NCBI GenBank assembly: GCA_030390025.1 | Contig: CM059431.1 | Coordinates: 112,470,001-112,534,000, forward strand | Length of the DNA stretch: 64,000 nucleotides | DNA from: Squalus acanthias | Lineage: Eukaryota | Direction: 5' to 3' | Part shown: positions 13,146 through 26,126 of the stretch, piece by piece | Layout of the letters: each line of letters opens with the position of its first letter | How positions within the stretch are numbered: position 1 is the stretch's first letter | Notes under the pieces: model-generated | Seen by the model: the letters and a program-made list of their open reading frames with translations, nothing else | Told to the model about the DNA's origin: nothing | Database searches by the model: none | Position numbers and translations under genes: made by a program

Positions 13146-13784
13146 AGAAAATGCCACTCAATATTTTATTTTAAGTTTTACTGGTGTACTTCATACTGCA
13201 CAACCTTCCACTCATGAGGACCAAGGCACTGCGAAGGAAGCCTTGACAACATAACAGAAGGAGCAGCCAAGAAATTAGAAGCAACCTAATTGGACAAACT
13301 TTGCATTCCTATACGTTTAATGTGGGGAAAACACGCTGCTTGTCAGAAATTTCAGATTGACTGAAAAGCAGCCAACAGTTTTGTTACTATCTCTCAATCA
13401 ATTCCTATTCACAAAAAAGTAACTAGTCACATCTCTGGATGTTTTTGCCAAGTCCTTTAAGTGGCTATGTTGGTACCCCACCTATCCCACTATAGGGCTG
13501 ATTCCTTGACCAGCCCTCCCTGTTAGTGTCGCTACTTGCCAGGAGCACCCAACTGGGGGACCCTCTGCCCTACTATGTGCCAACATCCGAGAAGGGTTCA
13601 GCTCATCGCAGGGAAGCCTGGAGGAGCATCTACTAACCTTACCCAGCTTCACAAGAGATCCAGGCAAGTCAGTCTATTCATAATAGAGGCATTGGATGAA
13701 GGACTGCAAGGCTTGGGGGACCTTTTGGAGATGTCAATGTTCACACTGCAAAGTATACAGAGGCATCTTGCAAGGACTAAATGA

Positions 13785-14007
13785 AATAACAACAGAAAAT
13801 GCTGGAAATACTCAGCAGGCCAGGCAGCATCCGTGGAGAGAGAAACAGAGTTAACATTTCAGGTCTGGGACCTTTCATCAGAACTGATGAAAGGTCCCAG
13901 ACCTGAAATGTTAACTCTGTTTCTCTCTCCACGGATGCTGCCTGGCCTGCTGAGTATTTCCAGCATTTTCTGTTGTTTCAGATTTCCAGCATCTGCAGTA
14001 TTTTGCT
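13785..14007. mobile_element. Fold-back Penelope-like non-autonomous insertion (family A), perfect 94-bp palindrome arms
   Basis: Arms 13788-13881 / 13884-13977 with a 2-nt loop; 30-bp unpaired 3' extension; TSD AAGGACTAAATGA (13772-13784, 14008-14020); hammerhead core. Confidence 0.85.
13849..13885 (-). ncRNA. Minimal hammerhead ribozyme motif
   Basis: AGTT-CTGATGA-A-AGGTC-CCA-GACCT-GAAA-TG-TT-AACT; TG is probably decayed CG (copy at ~18760 has GAAACGTT). Confidence 0.7.
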
Positions 14008-14250
14008 AAGGACTAAATGATATTTGGTTGACATTCCCTCAGGGATTTAAGGATATTTCTGATTCCTTGAAATCCGTTCTCCCACTGATCGCTGGTAACC
14101 AGAATCTCGTTCCCAGTACCAGTGGAGAAATTGGTGTGCATGCCTCAAAGTCTGTATCCCCTCACAGCAGCGTGGCAGAGGAATACTCCATCAGCTCCCT
14201 GCAGATGCTTTCATCTTTACAGGTCCAAGCGGCTAAGGAACCCATGAGAA

Positions 14251-16029
14251 AGGCTGGAATTTTTCAGGGGGTCAGGGGCACGTTTGGTGCCGGGTCGGCT
14301 GGGAAAATGTTTTTTTTTGACAGCGGGTAGGGAACCTGCTGTCAACCCACCTCCACGCTAGTCTCCCAGATGTCGGGTCTGTCAGCACAGAACAGATCCA
14401 ACACCAAGTGGCGGGGAGGCAATTTAGATCAATAGAGAGATTGTTAAGAGGCAATTAAGTCTTATTTTAAGCTTACCTTTAGATTTTTAGAGTTCGCCAA
14501 CGGCATCCCTGCTGCTCGGGGGTCAGGTCAGGTAAGTTGGTCGGGTGTTGCGTCAGCATGAGATGATTGCTAAACTTGACAGCTGCAAATGGTTTATAAA
14601 AGCTCCCATTTCATAGCTGTTCACTTTCCAAGGTTAGAAGCTGTTGCTTATTGCATTTGGAAGACAAATTGAGCTTTATGTAGCTTGCAAGTGTTTGGAG
14701 CAAATTCTCTATCCAGTATCATCTCATTGGAACAACCTCTCTCACCATTGACAGATCGCTTCTGTCATTTCAACTTCACCTGCCATCTATTCCATCAGCA
14801 TCGGTGCCCTTGAAAAAATCTCACCTTGGTCCTCAGAATCCCAAAACTATCAGCCCCAATACCAGCTGCACCAGGCACACCAGCAGAGCTAACATCAACA
14901 TCAACCTTCTCCGCAATCAACTGATGCTGCACTGGACACAGGGCATCAGCACCCGACCACATTGTTGCCAGGGATGGCCTCACCATGGCCAGATTTACTT
15001 CACTTGACGCTGTACACCCTGGCTGCCACATGATGCGCCAGGTTGGCACCACCCCACACCAACACCATAAAGCATCCCTACAATGCCCAAGCCATTCCTT
15101 TCACACTCATCATCATTGCGAGGGGTACCATTATGTCTCACCATTCACTGCAACTCACTAAGCCACTTCCAAAGGTGCACACAAATCTGTCTAAGAACGC
15201 AAAGTGTTGAAAGTAAAGGTTTCATTGTTTGACAGCACATTAACAGAAACTTCACATAAACATGGATAAAACACACAAGGGCCTACCCTTCTGTGTTGTT
15301 AGTTGGTATGATTGCACTAGGATGAGGGTGAGTGTGAGGGGTGGCTAGTGAGATGGGGAAATGATAATGTAGATAGAGAGGGATGGGTGGAGGTGCAAAG
15401 TAAGTTGGTGTGAGTAAGGATGTGCGGGGTAGGGTAGGGAAGGCAGAGTGCTGGGGATGTGATGAGTGGCACAGCAGGATGAGGTTGAGTGTGGCTTTGT
15501 ACTAATATTTCGTGATCTACTGAGATCATTGAAAGGTTTGCGCCACTGCAGCCTGGTCCTCCTGACAACATCCCTGCTCGTGCCCTCCTGTGCAATGTGC
15601 AGCCAGGCTGCGTTGATCTCCTGGGGAGGTCTCTTCCGCCCACTGGAAGGAAAGAGAACCTCCCTGCATGCTGTGACTCCCTCCATAAGTATATGGAGAG
15701 AGTCATGGGAGAGCCTGGGTGCAGCCGTGCACCTCTGTGCAGTGATTGTCAGTGTTTGCAGCACCTCAATGCTGTAGAATACTGACAGCACAATTGTCAA
15801 AATCAATTTGCGCATGGTCCCTTTTAAGGAAACTGGCTGATGATGCGTCATCAAATAACAATCATCAGACCCGCTTCCTTCAATTGACTGGGAAATGCAC
15901 TGGGTGGGCTTAACAAGCCCAATCATGGGAAAATCATTTTGGACAGCGGGCTGGAGCCAGCAGCGAGGCCGGGACCCGCCACCGACGTCGCCCGCCACGG
16001 ACCCGCTGAGGGAGGGAACATCACGGCTC
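14251..16029. mobile_element. Non-autonomous Harbinger element with Myb/SANT remnant on minus strand
   Basis: GGCTGGAATTTT terminus; ORF 15345..16091 contains APRLSHDSLHILMEGV...REVLFP...AWLHIAQE...QWRKPFNDL; ends homologous to 24592-25463 and 28647-33863. Confidence 0.7.
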
Positions 16030-16719
16030 AAGAGCCAGCCTGCCCCATGTCCATCCCAGGACTTGAGAATTCTGAGATGGACCATCTCCATCCCAGCAGA
16101 CCTTTAGATGGTACATAAAAGAAGTGTTCAAATAGGGCAGAAAAAAGCTTGCATTTTCACAAGAGTTTTTCATGGTTTAATTAGCATTAACCCTTAAATT
16201 TCCTAGCATTCAGTCTAACTACATGCTCTATATTGAGGACATATTTAAGGCAATTTTTGCAGGCATTTCTCCTACAGTGGATATCCTAATAGAAGGACTT
16301 ACAGGCCAAAGATGAATTAACTCTCTGTGGAGCAGGATCTGAAGGGTTCTTAATTGCTCTAGAGGTGGACACTATTGGCACTAGGTGCAGACACAAGAAA
16401 ACCTTCCCTTGTGTCGGTTAATATCACCACGCTACCCATGGCAGTGATAGTTACAATGTTATATGTCAATACGAAATGTGTGCCAGACCATTTTATTTCC
16501 TAGCTTCGTGGTATTTTTGTAAATAATTGTAATAAATTACTGGAATATTTGATGTAAGGACTATTTGATGTTTGGTTCTCTTGTATGACAATGGGGAACA
16601 GGTAATGTGCTGATGTTCAGACTCAGGATTAGGATATAATTGCTAGGTGTGAGGAGAACAGATTTGATGTAGACCATAGAGAGTTTGGTGAGGAGGCAGA
16701 TCTTCAATGGGCTCAGACT

Positions 16720-18103
16720 TAAAAAAAAAAGCGTTCTGTGCATCTGTAAAGGTGCCAAATGAATCTTTCTCTCAGATGCCTATCAACCACTGTCACTGCA
16801 CCTGTTTCCCGTTCTTCACGAGCCAGGTCACACAGTATTAGCAGCGTCGTCATCAGGCTCTCTGGCATCCTCTGGGACATCCACCATCTGCCCTTTCCTG
16901 ATTGCAAAGTTGTAAAGTACACAACATGCTACCCCAATTGGCAAGATGGTGTTGGATGCACACGAGACCTATCCAGACCTTCCTTTCAGCATTCCAATGG
17001 CTAGCTCATTTCTTATCCTTGTCTTCATGTGTGCTCTATTGTAACGCTGCTCTGTACCACTACTGGTCCGACAAAGAGGCACCATGAACCATGGGAGTAG
17101 CGGGGGACCACTTGTCACCCAGCAGCCATCCTGCACTTTGACCTGCTGTAGAACAAAGCTGAGACATTGGACTGACGAAGTAGAAAAACGTCATGCCTGC
17201 TCTCTGCATATCGTGAACTCCTGTGCAAGAAGCTGTGCCTGTCATTGCAAATGAGTTGCGCGTTTAGTGAATGGAAGCCTTTATGGCTCATATAAAAACA
17301 GAGGGTTACATTTGGGACTCGTGATGTTATGTGTCTGCAATCAACAACCCTGACTTCCCTGGGGGAATCCGGCAATTCTGACAAAGTTCCCTATGGGTCT
17401 CTAGAATGAGCCTGTGGCATAAACGTTGAGAGCTGTGGTCACTTTCTGTGTCACTGTCAAAGCTGAGCATGCTGTGGACCTTGGTTGCAGATCTGACTGC
17501 AGCAACAAGCAGAGCTTCTCCAAAGCTTCCTGACTGAAGTGCAGCCTCCTGAAACAAAGCTCCCGGGAAAGGTCTCCGTGTACACCTGGGTCTATAGGTC
17601 CTGCTGAGTTGGCTCTTCGCTGGTTATGCCTGATTAATCAGGCTTCCTTTACAGCCTTCTGCTACTGCTCTTCCTCCTCTTCCAGCAAACAGGTTGTGTA
17701 AAGTGGGATTCCCAGTGGGAAGCCCATTGTGCAGTCATCAGATTGTAGTTCAGTAATTGTGTTGAAGTAGAATGCTTTCCAATGGTAATACATAATTTAG
17801 GTGGCGGCTTCCTGACTATGATAAAGAAATTTGTTTTTCAATACCTGCAGTGAGTCCCAAGATAAGGCTCCACACACAATCTCAGCTAAGCAATGTCCCT
17901 TTAGTCAAGTACTTCATCCTTGCTGAGCAGGTCAAGACAGATTGCGCATTCTCCGGACGAATGGGAAGGCGGAAGTTCCAGAATTTAGGAAAGGGGGCGT
18001 CATCCCGTCCTTATTCCGTCAGTTACATGCAGTTGCCACTGTGAGGGCGTGCTTCTCCGGCGGAACCCTGGTGTAAATCAGCCCCACCAGAAATTCCTGG
18101 CCC
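16720..18103 (-). mobile_element. Harbinger element remnant with decayed HARBI1-like transposase
   Basis: KGFHSLNAQLICND, SRHDVFLLRQS and GWLLGD motifs; GGGCCAGGAATTTC terminus at 18103-18090. Confidence 0.75.
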
Positions 18104-18690
18104 TGCAAAGACATCATTGCCAACTTACACCCTCTCCCAACCCATGAATTTTGGGGCCAATTAATTACTTTGAAATCCAGGCAAATACAATAGCCATTTA
18201 CATGCAGCAAGTTCCTAGAAGCATCAATGAGATGAATGACTAGTTACATTTTTTTTGATGGTGTTGGTTCAGGAAGGAATTTTGGCTCGGGCCATTAAGG
18301 TTCATCTAAACACTCAGATTGGGGCCTCCGTTTAGCATCTCAACCAAAGGAAGCACTTCTCACAATACAGCACTCCCTTTGTACTGCACTAGAATGCCAC
18401 TGCATGTCTCTGCTCATTATATCTGAATTATCAAGAGTGGAGTGGAGTCAGGCATCAGTGCTTTAATCACCCACTTCAGTAGTCTGTAATATATCAGGAA
18501 TTCTAATGTGCATCTCCATAGTCTTCTGCCCATAATTAGTGGGGAAAATACACATATCTTTTCAAACCCACCACAAAGCTAGGAAATAAAATGGTCTGGC
18601 ACACATTTCTTATTGAAATATAGCAATTGTAACTATCACTGCCATGGGTAGAGTGGTGGTATTAACTGACGCAAGGGAAGGTTTTCCTGT

Positions 18691-18795
18691 AATAAAAACC
18701 GAAAATGCTGGAAATACTCAGCAGGTCAGGCAGCATCTGTGGAGAGCGAGAAACAGAGTTAACGTTTCAGGTTGATGACCCTTGGTCAGAACTGG
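18691..18795 (-). mobile_element. Single-arm Penelope-like family A fragment with degenerate hammerhead
   Basis: Homologous to the 13788 arm; core reads CTGACCA...GAAACGTT. Confidence 0.75.
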
Positions 18796-19809
18796 CCACT
18801 CCTGTGTCCGCTCCTCGTGCCAACAGTGTCCACCTGTTGAGAACCCTTCAGATCCTGCTCCACAGATGGTTAACTTGTCTTTGGCCTGTAAATTTCGATA
18901 CCCACTTTCGGAGAAATGCCTGAAAATTGCCTTGAGATGCACTGTGGAGGCATGAAAGGTTGCAAATGCATATTGGCCTGCAATATATCACAACCCAAGG
19001 CCCAGCTGAAGGATGCAAGCTCCAGGATCAAAGTAGAAAGCAAATCTGATGCCTCAGAGAGAGAGTAGGCCTTTGTGGATGAAAGTTGTTTGGGAAAATG
19101 GGATGGATCATTTTTTGTGATTTATTTTTAGAGTTTTTAAAAAATATTTAACACATTGTAATTTTTATTTTTAGGGATAGGTAAGGGCCTGAAATTCGGG
19201 AAGGTGGTGGATTAAAGGCACAACTTCTGTATTCAAGGGGCTTGATGCAGTTAAAGGGCTGAACAGGTTCTTGGAAAAGGGACTGAAGTGGCTGCAGCTA
19301 AAGAAGCAAAACCAGGTCCAAGCAGGTCAGCTGCACGAAGCCTGCGCCAAATTAGCAGCTACACAAGTAATTTTTCTATTACACACTGGTGCTAAATCTG
19401 CGTCCAGACTTTAGGTGCGATGATACAAAGAATGCACTGTTAAGCTGGCAGCGAGTGCCTGTATCAGTATAAGCGCGTTATAAAGGTACCAGTTATAATG
19501 GTTAGCACAGTTACATGCCATTTTACTTTTTTTAAATTCTTGAAACTAATGCAGCCACATGTACTGCAATTCTATTTTTATGACTGAGTAGAGCTGAGAT
19601 GACAGGCAGCTTTTTTCAATCAGTATAAAAACTGGTGAGCATCATGCGTTTCAGTTAGAGCAGGTTGAGCTCTGCTGCCTCCCAAATGACACCAGAGCAA
19701 CTGTGACTCCCAGCTCGTCCCATTGCTCAAGTACTGTAGGGGTGGAATTCCACATCTGCACTAGCAGTGCAGGCACACACCAGGTGCAGAGGTGGCAGAG
19801 AATCTTTGC

Positions 19810-20648
19810 TAGGGTTGCCAATCCTCCGGGATTTTTTTTTTTATTCGCTTATGGGATCTGGGCGTCGCTGGCAAGACCAGCATTTATTGTCCATCCTTAG
19901 TTGCCCTGAGGAGGTGGTGATGAGCCGCCTTTTTGAACCGCTGCAGTCCGTGTGGTGAAGCTACGCCCACGGTGCTGTTAGGTAGGGAGTTCCAGGATTT
20001 TGACCCAGCGACGATGAAGGAACGGCGATATACTTCTAAGTCAGGATGGTGTGTGACTTGGAGGGGAATTTGGAGGTGGTGGTGTTCCCATGCGCCTGCT
20101 GCCCTTGTCCTTCTAGGTGGAAGTGGTCGCGGGTTTGGGAGGTGCTGCCGAAGAAGCCTTGGCGAGTTGCTGCAGTGCATCTTGTAGATGGTACACACTG
20201 TAGCCACGGTGTGCTGGTGGTGGAGGGAGTGAATGTTTAAGGTGGTGGATGGGGTGCCAATCAAGCGGGCTGCTTTGTCCTGGATGGTGTCGATTGCCCT
20301 GGAGTCTCCAGGAATGAAAGGCGAATCTCCAGGGCAACTGCTGCGAGCAACCCAGGGGCAATAAAAAATTGTTGTGTTTTTTGAAAGATTTTCTTTGAAC
20401 ACTTTGGTTATTACATATAAAAATATCTGAGACAGGAAAAAAGGCTGTTTGACTGACCGTCAAAGATCATCCAATCGGGTGATGAGTCTATTCGCTTTCC
20501 AATTGCTGTGGGAAAATGATGCACCAAGTATGGGCGTGTCAGGCGACCAGTGGCAGGAGTGTGGGGGCGGGATGGGGGGGCAGTTTGGAGGCAGAAGGTC
20601 ATGTGACAAAACCTCCACGAACATGTCCAACCAGAGTTGGCAACCCGA
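19810..20648. mobile_element. hAT-type MITE with nested LINE fragment
   Basis: TIR TAGGGTTGCCAA / TTGGCAACCCGA; 8-bp TSD ATCTTTGC (19802-19809, 20649-20656). Confidence 0.85.
19831..20293 (-). mobile_element. 3' fragment of the 35718-40984 LINE family
   Basis: IQDKAARLIG...VCTIYKMHC...WNSLP; A-rich tail. Confidence 0.85.
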
Positions 20649-20748
20649 ATCTTTGCCCTTGCTCTCGTTTCACGCTAATTAGTGCTATTCCTGGATTTTC
20701 TGTATTGGAGGCGCAGGAGGCTTGCACAATTCCCACACCTACAGACTT

Positions 20749-20892
20749 GGGGTGGAACTTTTGCCTGCTGATCTGACCCCACCATGACCCCAGCCTATTG
20801 GGGGGTGGAGGGGCAGGGAGAAAAAGTGGCTGCCCTCCCTTCCGTCAAAACTTTTCAACTTAGCCAGAAGGGGGTTGAAATGGTTCCACCCC
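20749..20892. mobile_element. Putative 144-bp MITE
   Basis: 10-bp inverted termini GGGGTGGAAC / GTTCCACCCC; no clear TSD. Confidence 0.4.
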
Positions 20893-21284
20893 CCACCCCC
20901 GCTAACCCCTACTCAGATTACATGATTTCCACATCTAAAATGGCCTAAAATTTCTAGGCTTGGCAGTCTCCCGCCTCACCTCAGCACAAAGCACAACTAG
21001 AGATGGCCAATTTCAAACTTTGCCGCCAACAGGAAGTGCATGTATCACTTTGTGACGCTGCACCAGCACATTTCTGCTCCTGCCCAGGAAGTCAACTCCC
21101 CCAGTCCATGATGCGTATCGTGCTGGGAGCGCACTAGCTGAATTAAATGAGGGGACAGCAGAAAACAAAGCAAAGTCCAACCTCTGCACTGGCCATGCAA
21201 AACATGCAACTTGTAAATCGAGTTGTGATTGCATTACTATTTTACGAATATGATATTTGAGCCAAACAGGTTTTTTAAAAAAAA

Positions 21285-21650
21285 TTACATTCATTCATGG
21301 GATGTGGGCATTGTTGGCCAGCATTTATTGCCCATTGAGAAGGTGGTGGTGACAACTGAGTGGGTTGCTGGGCCATTTCAGAGGGCAGCTAAGATTCAAC
21401 CACATTGCTGTGGGGTCTGGAGCCATATATAGGCCAGACCAGGTAAGGACAGCAGATTTCCTTCCCTAAAGGGCATTTGTGAACCAGATGGGTTTTTACA
21501 GCAATTACTGGTCACATATTATTCCAGATTTATTGGATTAACTGAATTTCTCAGTTGCTGTGGTGGAATTTGAACTCATGTTGTCAGATCATTAGTCGAG
21601 GGCTCTGAGATTATTAGTCCAGTAACATAACCACTAAACTACCATACCCC
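21285..21650 (-). mobile_element. tRNA-headed SINE composed of the 5' and 3' ends of the 35718-40984 LINE
   Basis: Head GGTAGTTTAGTGGTTATGTTACTGGACT...GAGTTCAAATTCC; tail ACCACCACCTTCTC...GGGCAATAAATGCTGGCC...GCCCACATCCC. Confidence 0.8.
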
Positions 21651-22399
21651 TATACAAGCATGACATAGACTTTGCAAGTGTGACCTCCTTTAAATGTGAC
21701 TCTGGCCTCTTGTGCATCCTCACCCCTCTTGGTCAACCATTAGCAGCAATGCCTTCAGCCACCTGGGCCCCACACTCTGAAACCCTCCACCTCTCAATTT
21801 CCTCTCCTCCTTTAAGACCCTTTTTAAAATGCACCACTTCAACCAAGATTTTTGGTACCCCTAATATCTTCGTCTTTGACTCCTGTTTTCCTACTGTAAG
21901 GAACAGTTTCATAGCTTACACAATTCAGCCAGATTAAAAAGCTATTTCCCAGTTATCCACTGTGTTTTCTTTACATAATGTAACAGCGTGAAAGCATCTG
22001 GGGACCACACCCACGGGTTACAATGCTAAGCTGCATTTCTGACACCCCATTTATAGGACTGTTGGCATCTCTGAAGAGAATTGCTTCTTAATGCAACATG
22101 CAAAACAGGTTACTAAGGCAAGGTACCAAATTATATTTAGTGCTTAACCACTCGATGTGAACAGTTGGGCTCCAGTGATCATTACATTGTTTGATATGAT
22201 ACTTTATTGAAACATAAGTCAAATGAGCAATACACAATGTCCAAGACTTTGGGCGATGAGAACAGATCTGAGCAGAGTTTAGTGGATGGTAACAATGGAA
22301 AATAAGACCAAGGAACACAAAACATTTAAAAGTACTTTAAGTGATGTGGAAAGGAAGTCGATTCTTATGATAAGAATAACAAGACTGCGACTTTGGCGC

Positions 22400-22850
22400 T
22401 TGAATAAAGTAGTCAAATGTAGTAATGTGTTCCACGGTGCTTTACAAAGGGGGAAATGGACATCAAAAAGGAGTTTGGGAGGAGGATTAGGAGAGGTGAC
22501 CGAAGGAGAAGAGAAAGAGGTAAGTTTTAAAGAGGTCTTTGAAACTGGGGAGAGTGTCTCAGAATTCTGAGGCATGATGGCTAAAGGTTCTCCTGCTGAT
22601 GGTGGAGCAGAGGGAGGGGAAGCGCATAAAAGGCACAAATTGGGTGAGAGGAGGGTGTAAGCTGGAATACAGGGCTAGAGGAGTTTAGAGGTGGAGTGGA
22701 GTGAGGCTATAGAGATATATAAGCAAAGACGCGGACTGTGAAATCAATGTGCTGGGGCAACGGAGAGCCAGCGAGGACAGGGATGATGGAGATGCGTGAC
22801 TTTGCACAATGTAAAATGTGGCTGGTAGAGTTTTGATTAAGATTGGATAT
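22400..22850 (-). mobile_element. Decayed L2-like LINE 3' fragment
   Basis: Similar to 34680-35700 and 60460-60830 (FKTSLK-type C-terminus). Confidence 0.5.
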
Positions 22851-23285
22851 ACTTTCAAATATTTAAAGGGATGTTCAAAGTATCCCCCACTTTGTAGAAG
22901 AAAATATTAACCTCAGGCAAGTTTTGATTGGCTTCTTTTACAAGACTTAAATTCTGTTACTGCCATAGAAGATCCCAGGTGACCAGGAGCAGCTCCATTG
23001 GATACAGCTGGAATCCTGACTTCAAGTCAGCCAGAGAGATGCTGCAGAGTCCTGGGAAACCATTCTGTCAACTGAGAGTAGCCAGTCGTATAATTTCTTA
23101 TGTTCAGGCGGTTCTGGAGTTGCTCACAGTCTGGTCTAAACTCATGGCTCTTGCTGTGGATCTGCTTCAAGATGCACAGGGATACGCCCTGTCGGTGATG
23201 TCACTGAAATAGTATAGAAGTGAGGGAGACCCAATACATGGAGCTCCGTGCCAAAAAGAAAAGCAATGCTGTTTTAAAAAAATAT

Positions 23286-23502
23286 GATGCGGAGATGCCG
23301 GCGTTGGACTGGGGTGGACAAAAATGAGAAGTCGCACAACACCAGGTTATAGTCCAACAGATTTATTTAAAATGACAAGCTTTCAGAGCTATCGATCGCC
23401 CCTTCTTCAGGTTTACCTGAAGAAGGGGCGATCGATAGCTCCGAAAGCTTGTCATTTTAAATAAATCTGTTGGACTATAACCTGGTGTTGTGCGACTTCT
23501 CA
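23286..23502. mobile_element. Fold-back Penelope-like non-autonomous insertion (family B), 92-bp arms
   Basis: Arms 23321-23412 / 23415-23506 (one CpG-type mismatch; last 4 bp overlap the TSD); TSD TTTTAAAAAAATAT (23272-23285, 23503-23516); termini match 54860-56767. Confidence 0.88.
23415..23452 (+). ncRNA. Minimal hammerhead ribozyme motif (stem I truncated)
   Basis: CTGAAGA-A-GGGGC-8nt-GCTCC-GAAA-GC-TT. Confidence 0.65.
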
Positions 23503-24521
23503 TTTTAAAAAAATATATCAATCAAAATTCTCCTGAGGCCAGGATAGCACTTGTGTACGGAACGAGGTGTTGGAAAAGCGAGTCACCCAACCAATGTTTG
23601 GCTTCCCTAATAGAGAGGAGACACCAACATGAAAACAGCATACCAGATTAAAGGAAGTAGACATAAGTTGCTGTCTCACAGGGTAGGAGTGTCTGGGGCC
23701 TTTGAGTGATAGTGTTAAATGGGCGATATTGATTCTGCTGCCCGTTCTACATCTCTCCTGATTCTCATTTCCTTTGACTTCAATGTATTAAAAAAAAACA
23801 GCAGAAGAGAAAGTGAAGCAACAGGAGAAATTCACTTCAGGAGGCAGGGGAATGTTAAAGCTAAGAGGGAAAAGCAGAGTATTAAACAAAAAACTTACCT
23901 CTGTACTATGTAGTTTGTCCCTGTGATCTCTTGTACGCACTCTTCAAAATATCTCAACAGTTTAATTGATTCCATATTTTTCTTAGTGTTAACCTGCCAA
24001 ATTTTTCACACTCAGAGGGTTCAAAATGTAGGGGACATAATCTTAAAATTGAGACAGGACTATTTCACATAAAGGAGTAATAGACATATGGAATAAGTTA
24101 CCAGGGAAGGCTGTTGAAAAGTTAGTATAAATGGGTTCAAGATGTGATTAGACATACCTCTGGAGAAAACTGAGAAACGGGAGCAGATTTCCTCTTGTGA
24201 GCAACAAGTGGATTTACAATTCTGTTCCACAAGGCTTACTGAGGAGATCTTTCTCCATGGTGGGCAGGTGGACAACCAAGAATGGGTTAGTGTGTTGGGA
24301 CAAATGGTCTTCTCCTAAAATTCCTCAGACACCTATCTTTGCAGGCCTCGGCCTTCGCAGGTTCCCAGGGATCCCGGCGGGAGCCTGCCATGAATACATA
24401 ATGAGCCAGGGCAGCGGGCAGAGGGAGGGGTGGGAAAAGTAAAATCTAGCCCATGGAATGTTACATTAAGTTCTTGCGCGTCTCACAGAAAAGACCAATT
24501 TTCAGAACAGCACTGCTGAAC

Positions 24522-25660
24522 CACAGAACAGAAAATGCTGGAAACACTCAGCAGGTCAGGTAGCATCTGTGAAGAGAGAAACCGAGTTAACAGCTGCGAT
24601 TTTGCAAATGGATGCTGCTTGGGAGCGGGTCAGCTGGTTTCCGGGTTCCAGTCCCACCCCCAACTGCATCCGGCCCACGGACGTGATTTTACGTCAATTG
24701 GCCATGTTAAGCCCGCCCTGCGGGCTTGCCAACCAATTAAGAGGAAGCCGGTCAGATGACGTCATTCGATGATGCGTCATCTGCCGGTTTTCTTAAAGGG
24801 ACCATGCACAATTTTTTTTTTGACAGCTCATTTCTCAGTGTTTGACAGCATTGAGGTGCTGCAAACACTGACAATGACTATTCACAGGTGAGCTCTTGCA
24901 CCCAGGCTCTCCAATGACTCCCTCCATAGGTTGGAACAGATGGCAGCTGCAGGTGAGGTTACAGAAGCAATCTGTCACTGGTGAGAGAGGTTCTCCCAAT
25001 GAGGTGGGACTAGACAGCCAATTCAAAACTTGTTACCTACAGAAAAGTGTAAATGCATTAAAAATGGTTTCCCAACATTTTCTTACCTCTGAAACTCACC
25101 AGTGCACCATTGGATCCTTCACACCACTTTTGCAGCTGTCATCAATGCAGAAACATTACAGCAGACTCGCAACATGCCACACTTACCTGGCGTGGTGTCC
25201 GGATGTCGGGAAACCCGAGGCAGATGCGGTAAAATTGAAAGAGCCTGTTAACAAGTATCAAGTACCTGTTAACAGGAAGGTAAGTGGTTATAATCCTCTT
25301 TCCGCCGCTAGGTGTCGGGTCCATGCTCAAATCGGGAACCCGACACTTGGGAAGATTGATTGGAGGCGGATTGACAGAGGGTTTCCTACCCGCTGTCGAT
25401 CTTTGCGATTTTGACAGCGGTCCCGCCTCCAATCCCGCACTGAGGACCGGCAAAATTCCGGCCAATGTTTCTGGTCATTGAACTTTCATCAGAACTGGAA
25501 GATATTACAGATGAACAGCTTTTAAGCAAATGCAGAACCAGGGAAAAGGGGGCAGGAAAAGAACAAAAGGGAAAAGTCTGTAATAGGGTGGAGGGCAGGA
25601 GCGATTAAATGTCAAAAAAGATGATGGTGCGAGGCAGAAGGAGGTGATAATGAGACAAGT
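24522..25660 (-). mobile_element. Penelope-like family A fragment split by a Harbinger element
   Basis: 24522-24591 and 25464-25660 join into a continuous family A sequence (GAGTTAA|TGTTTC...CATCAGAACTGG). Confidence 0.7.
24592..25463. mobile_element. Non-autonomous Harbinger element
   Basis: Imperfect TIRs AGCTGCGATTTTGC / GCAAAATTCCGGCC; 3-bp TSD-like AAC/AAT; internal similarity to 14251-16029. Confidence 0.7.
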
Positions 25661-26126
25661 AAAGAAAAAAGAAAGACCTGCATTTATATAGCGTCTTTCA
25701 TGACCATCGGACATCCCAAATCGCTTTACAGCCAATGAAGTACTTTTTAAAATTGAAGTGGAGTCACTGTTGTAATATAGGAAACGCGGCAGCCAACTTG
25801 CACACAGCAAGGTCCCACAAACAGCAATGTTATAATGACCAGATAATCTGTTTTTAGTGATGTTGATTGAGGGATAAATATTGGCAAGCACACTGGGGAT
25901 AACTTCCCTGCTCTTGGGATCTTTTTACATCCACTTGAGAGAGCAGACAGGGCCTTAGGTTTAACATTTCATCTGAAAGGCAGCACCTCCAACAGTGCAG
26001 CATTCCCTCAGTGCTGCATTGAAATATCAGCCTAGATTTTTATGCTCAAGTCTCTGCAGGGGACTTGAACCCCTGACCTTCTTAGACTCAAAGGCAAGGG
26101 TGCTACCCACTGAGCCACAGCTGACA
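25661..26126 (-). mobile_element. tRNA-derived SINE (Deu-domain/SacSINE1-like)
   Basis: Homologous to 30-455. Confidence 0.85.

Noticed and set aside
23030..23204. Possible minus-strand exon after a TTTCAG acceptor
   Set aside because: All three frames hit a stop shortly after the acceptor; peptide not recognised
23893..23993. Possible minus-strand exon (VNTKKNMESIKLLRYFEECVQEITGTNYIVQ, GTAAGT donor)
   Set aside because: Weak acceptor, peptide not recognised, no partner exons identified
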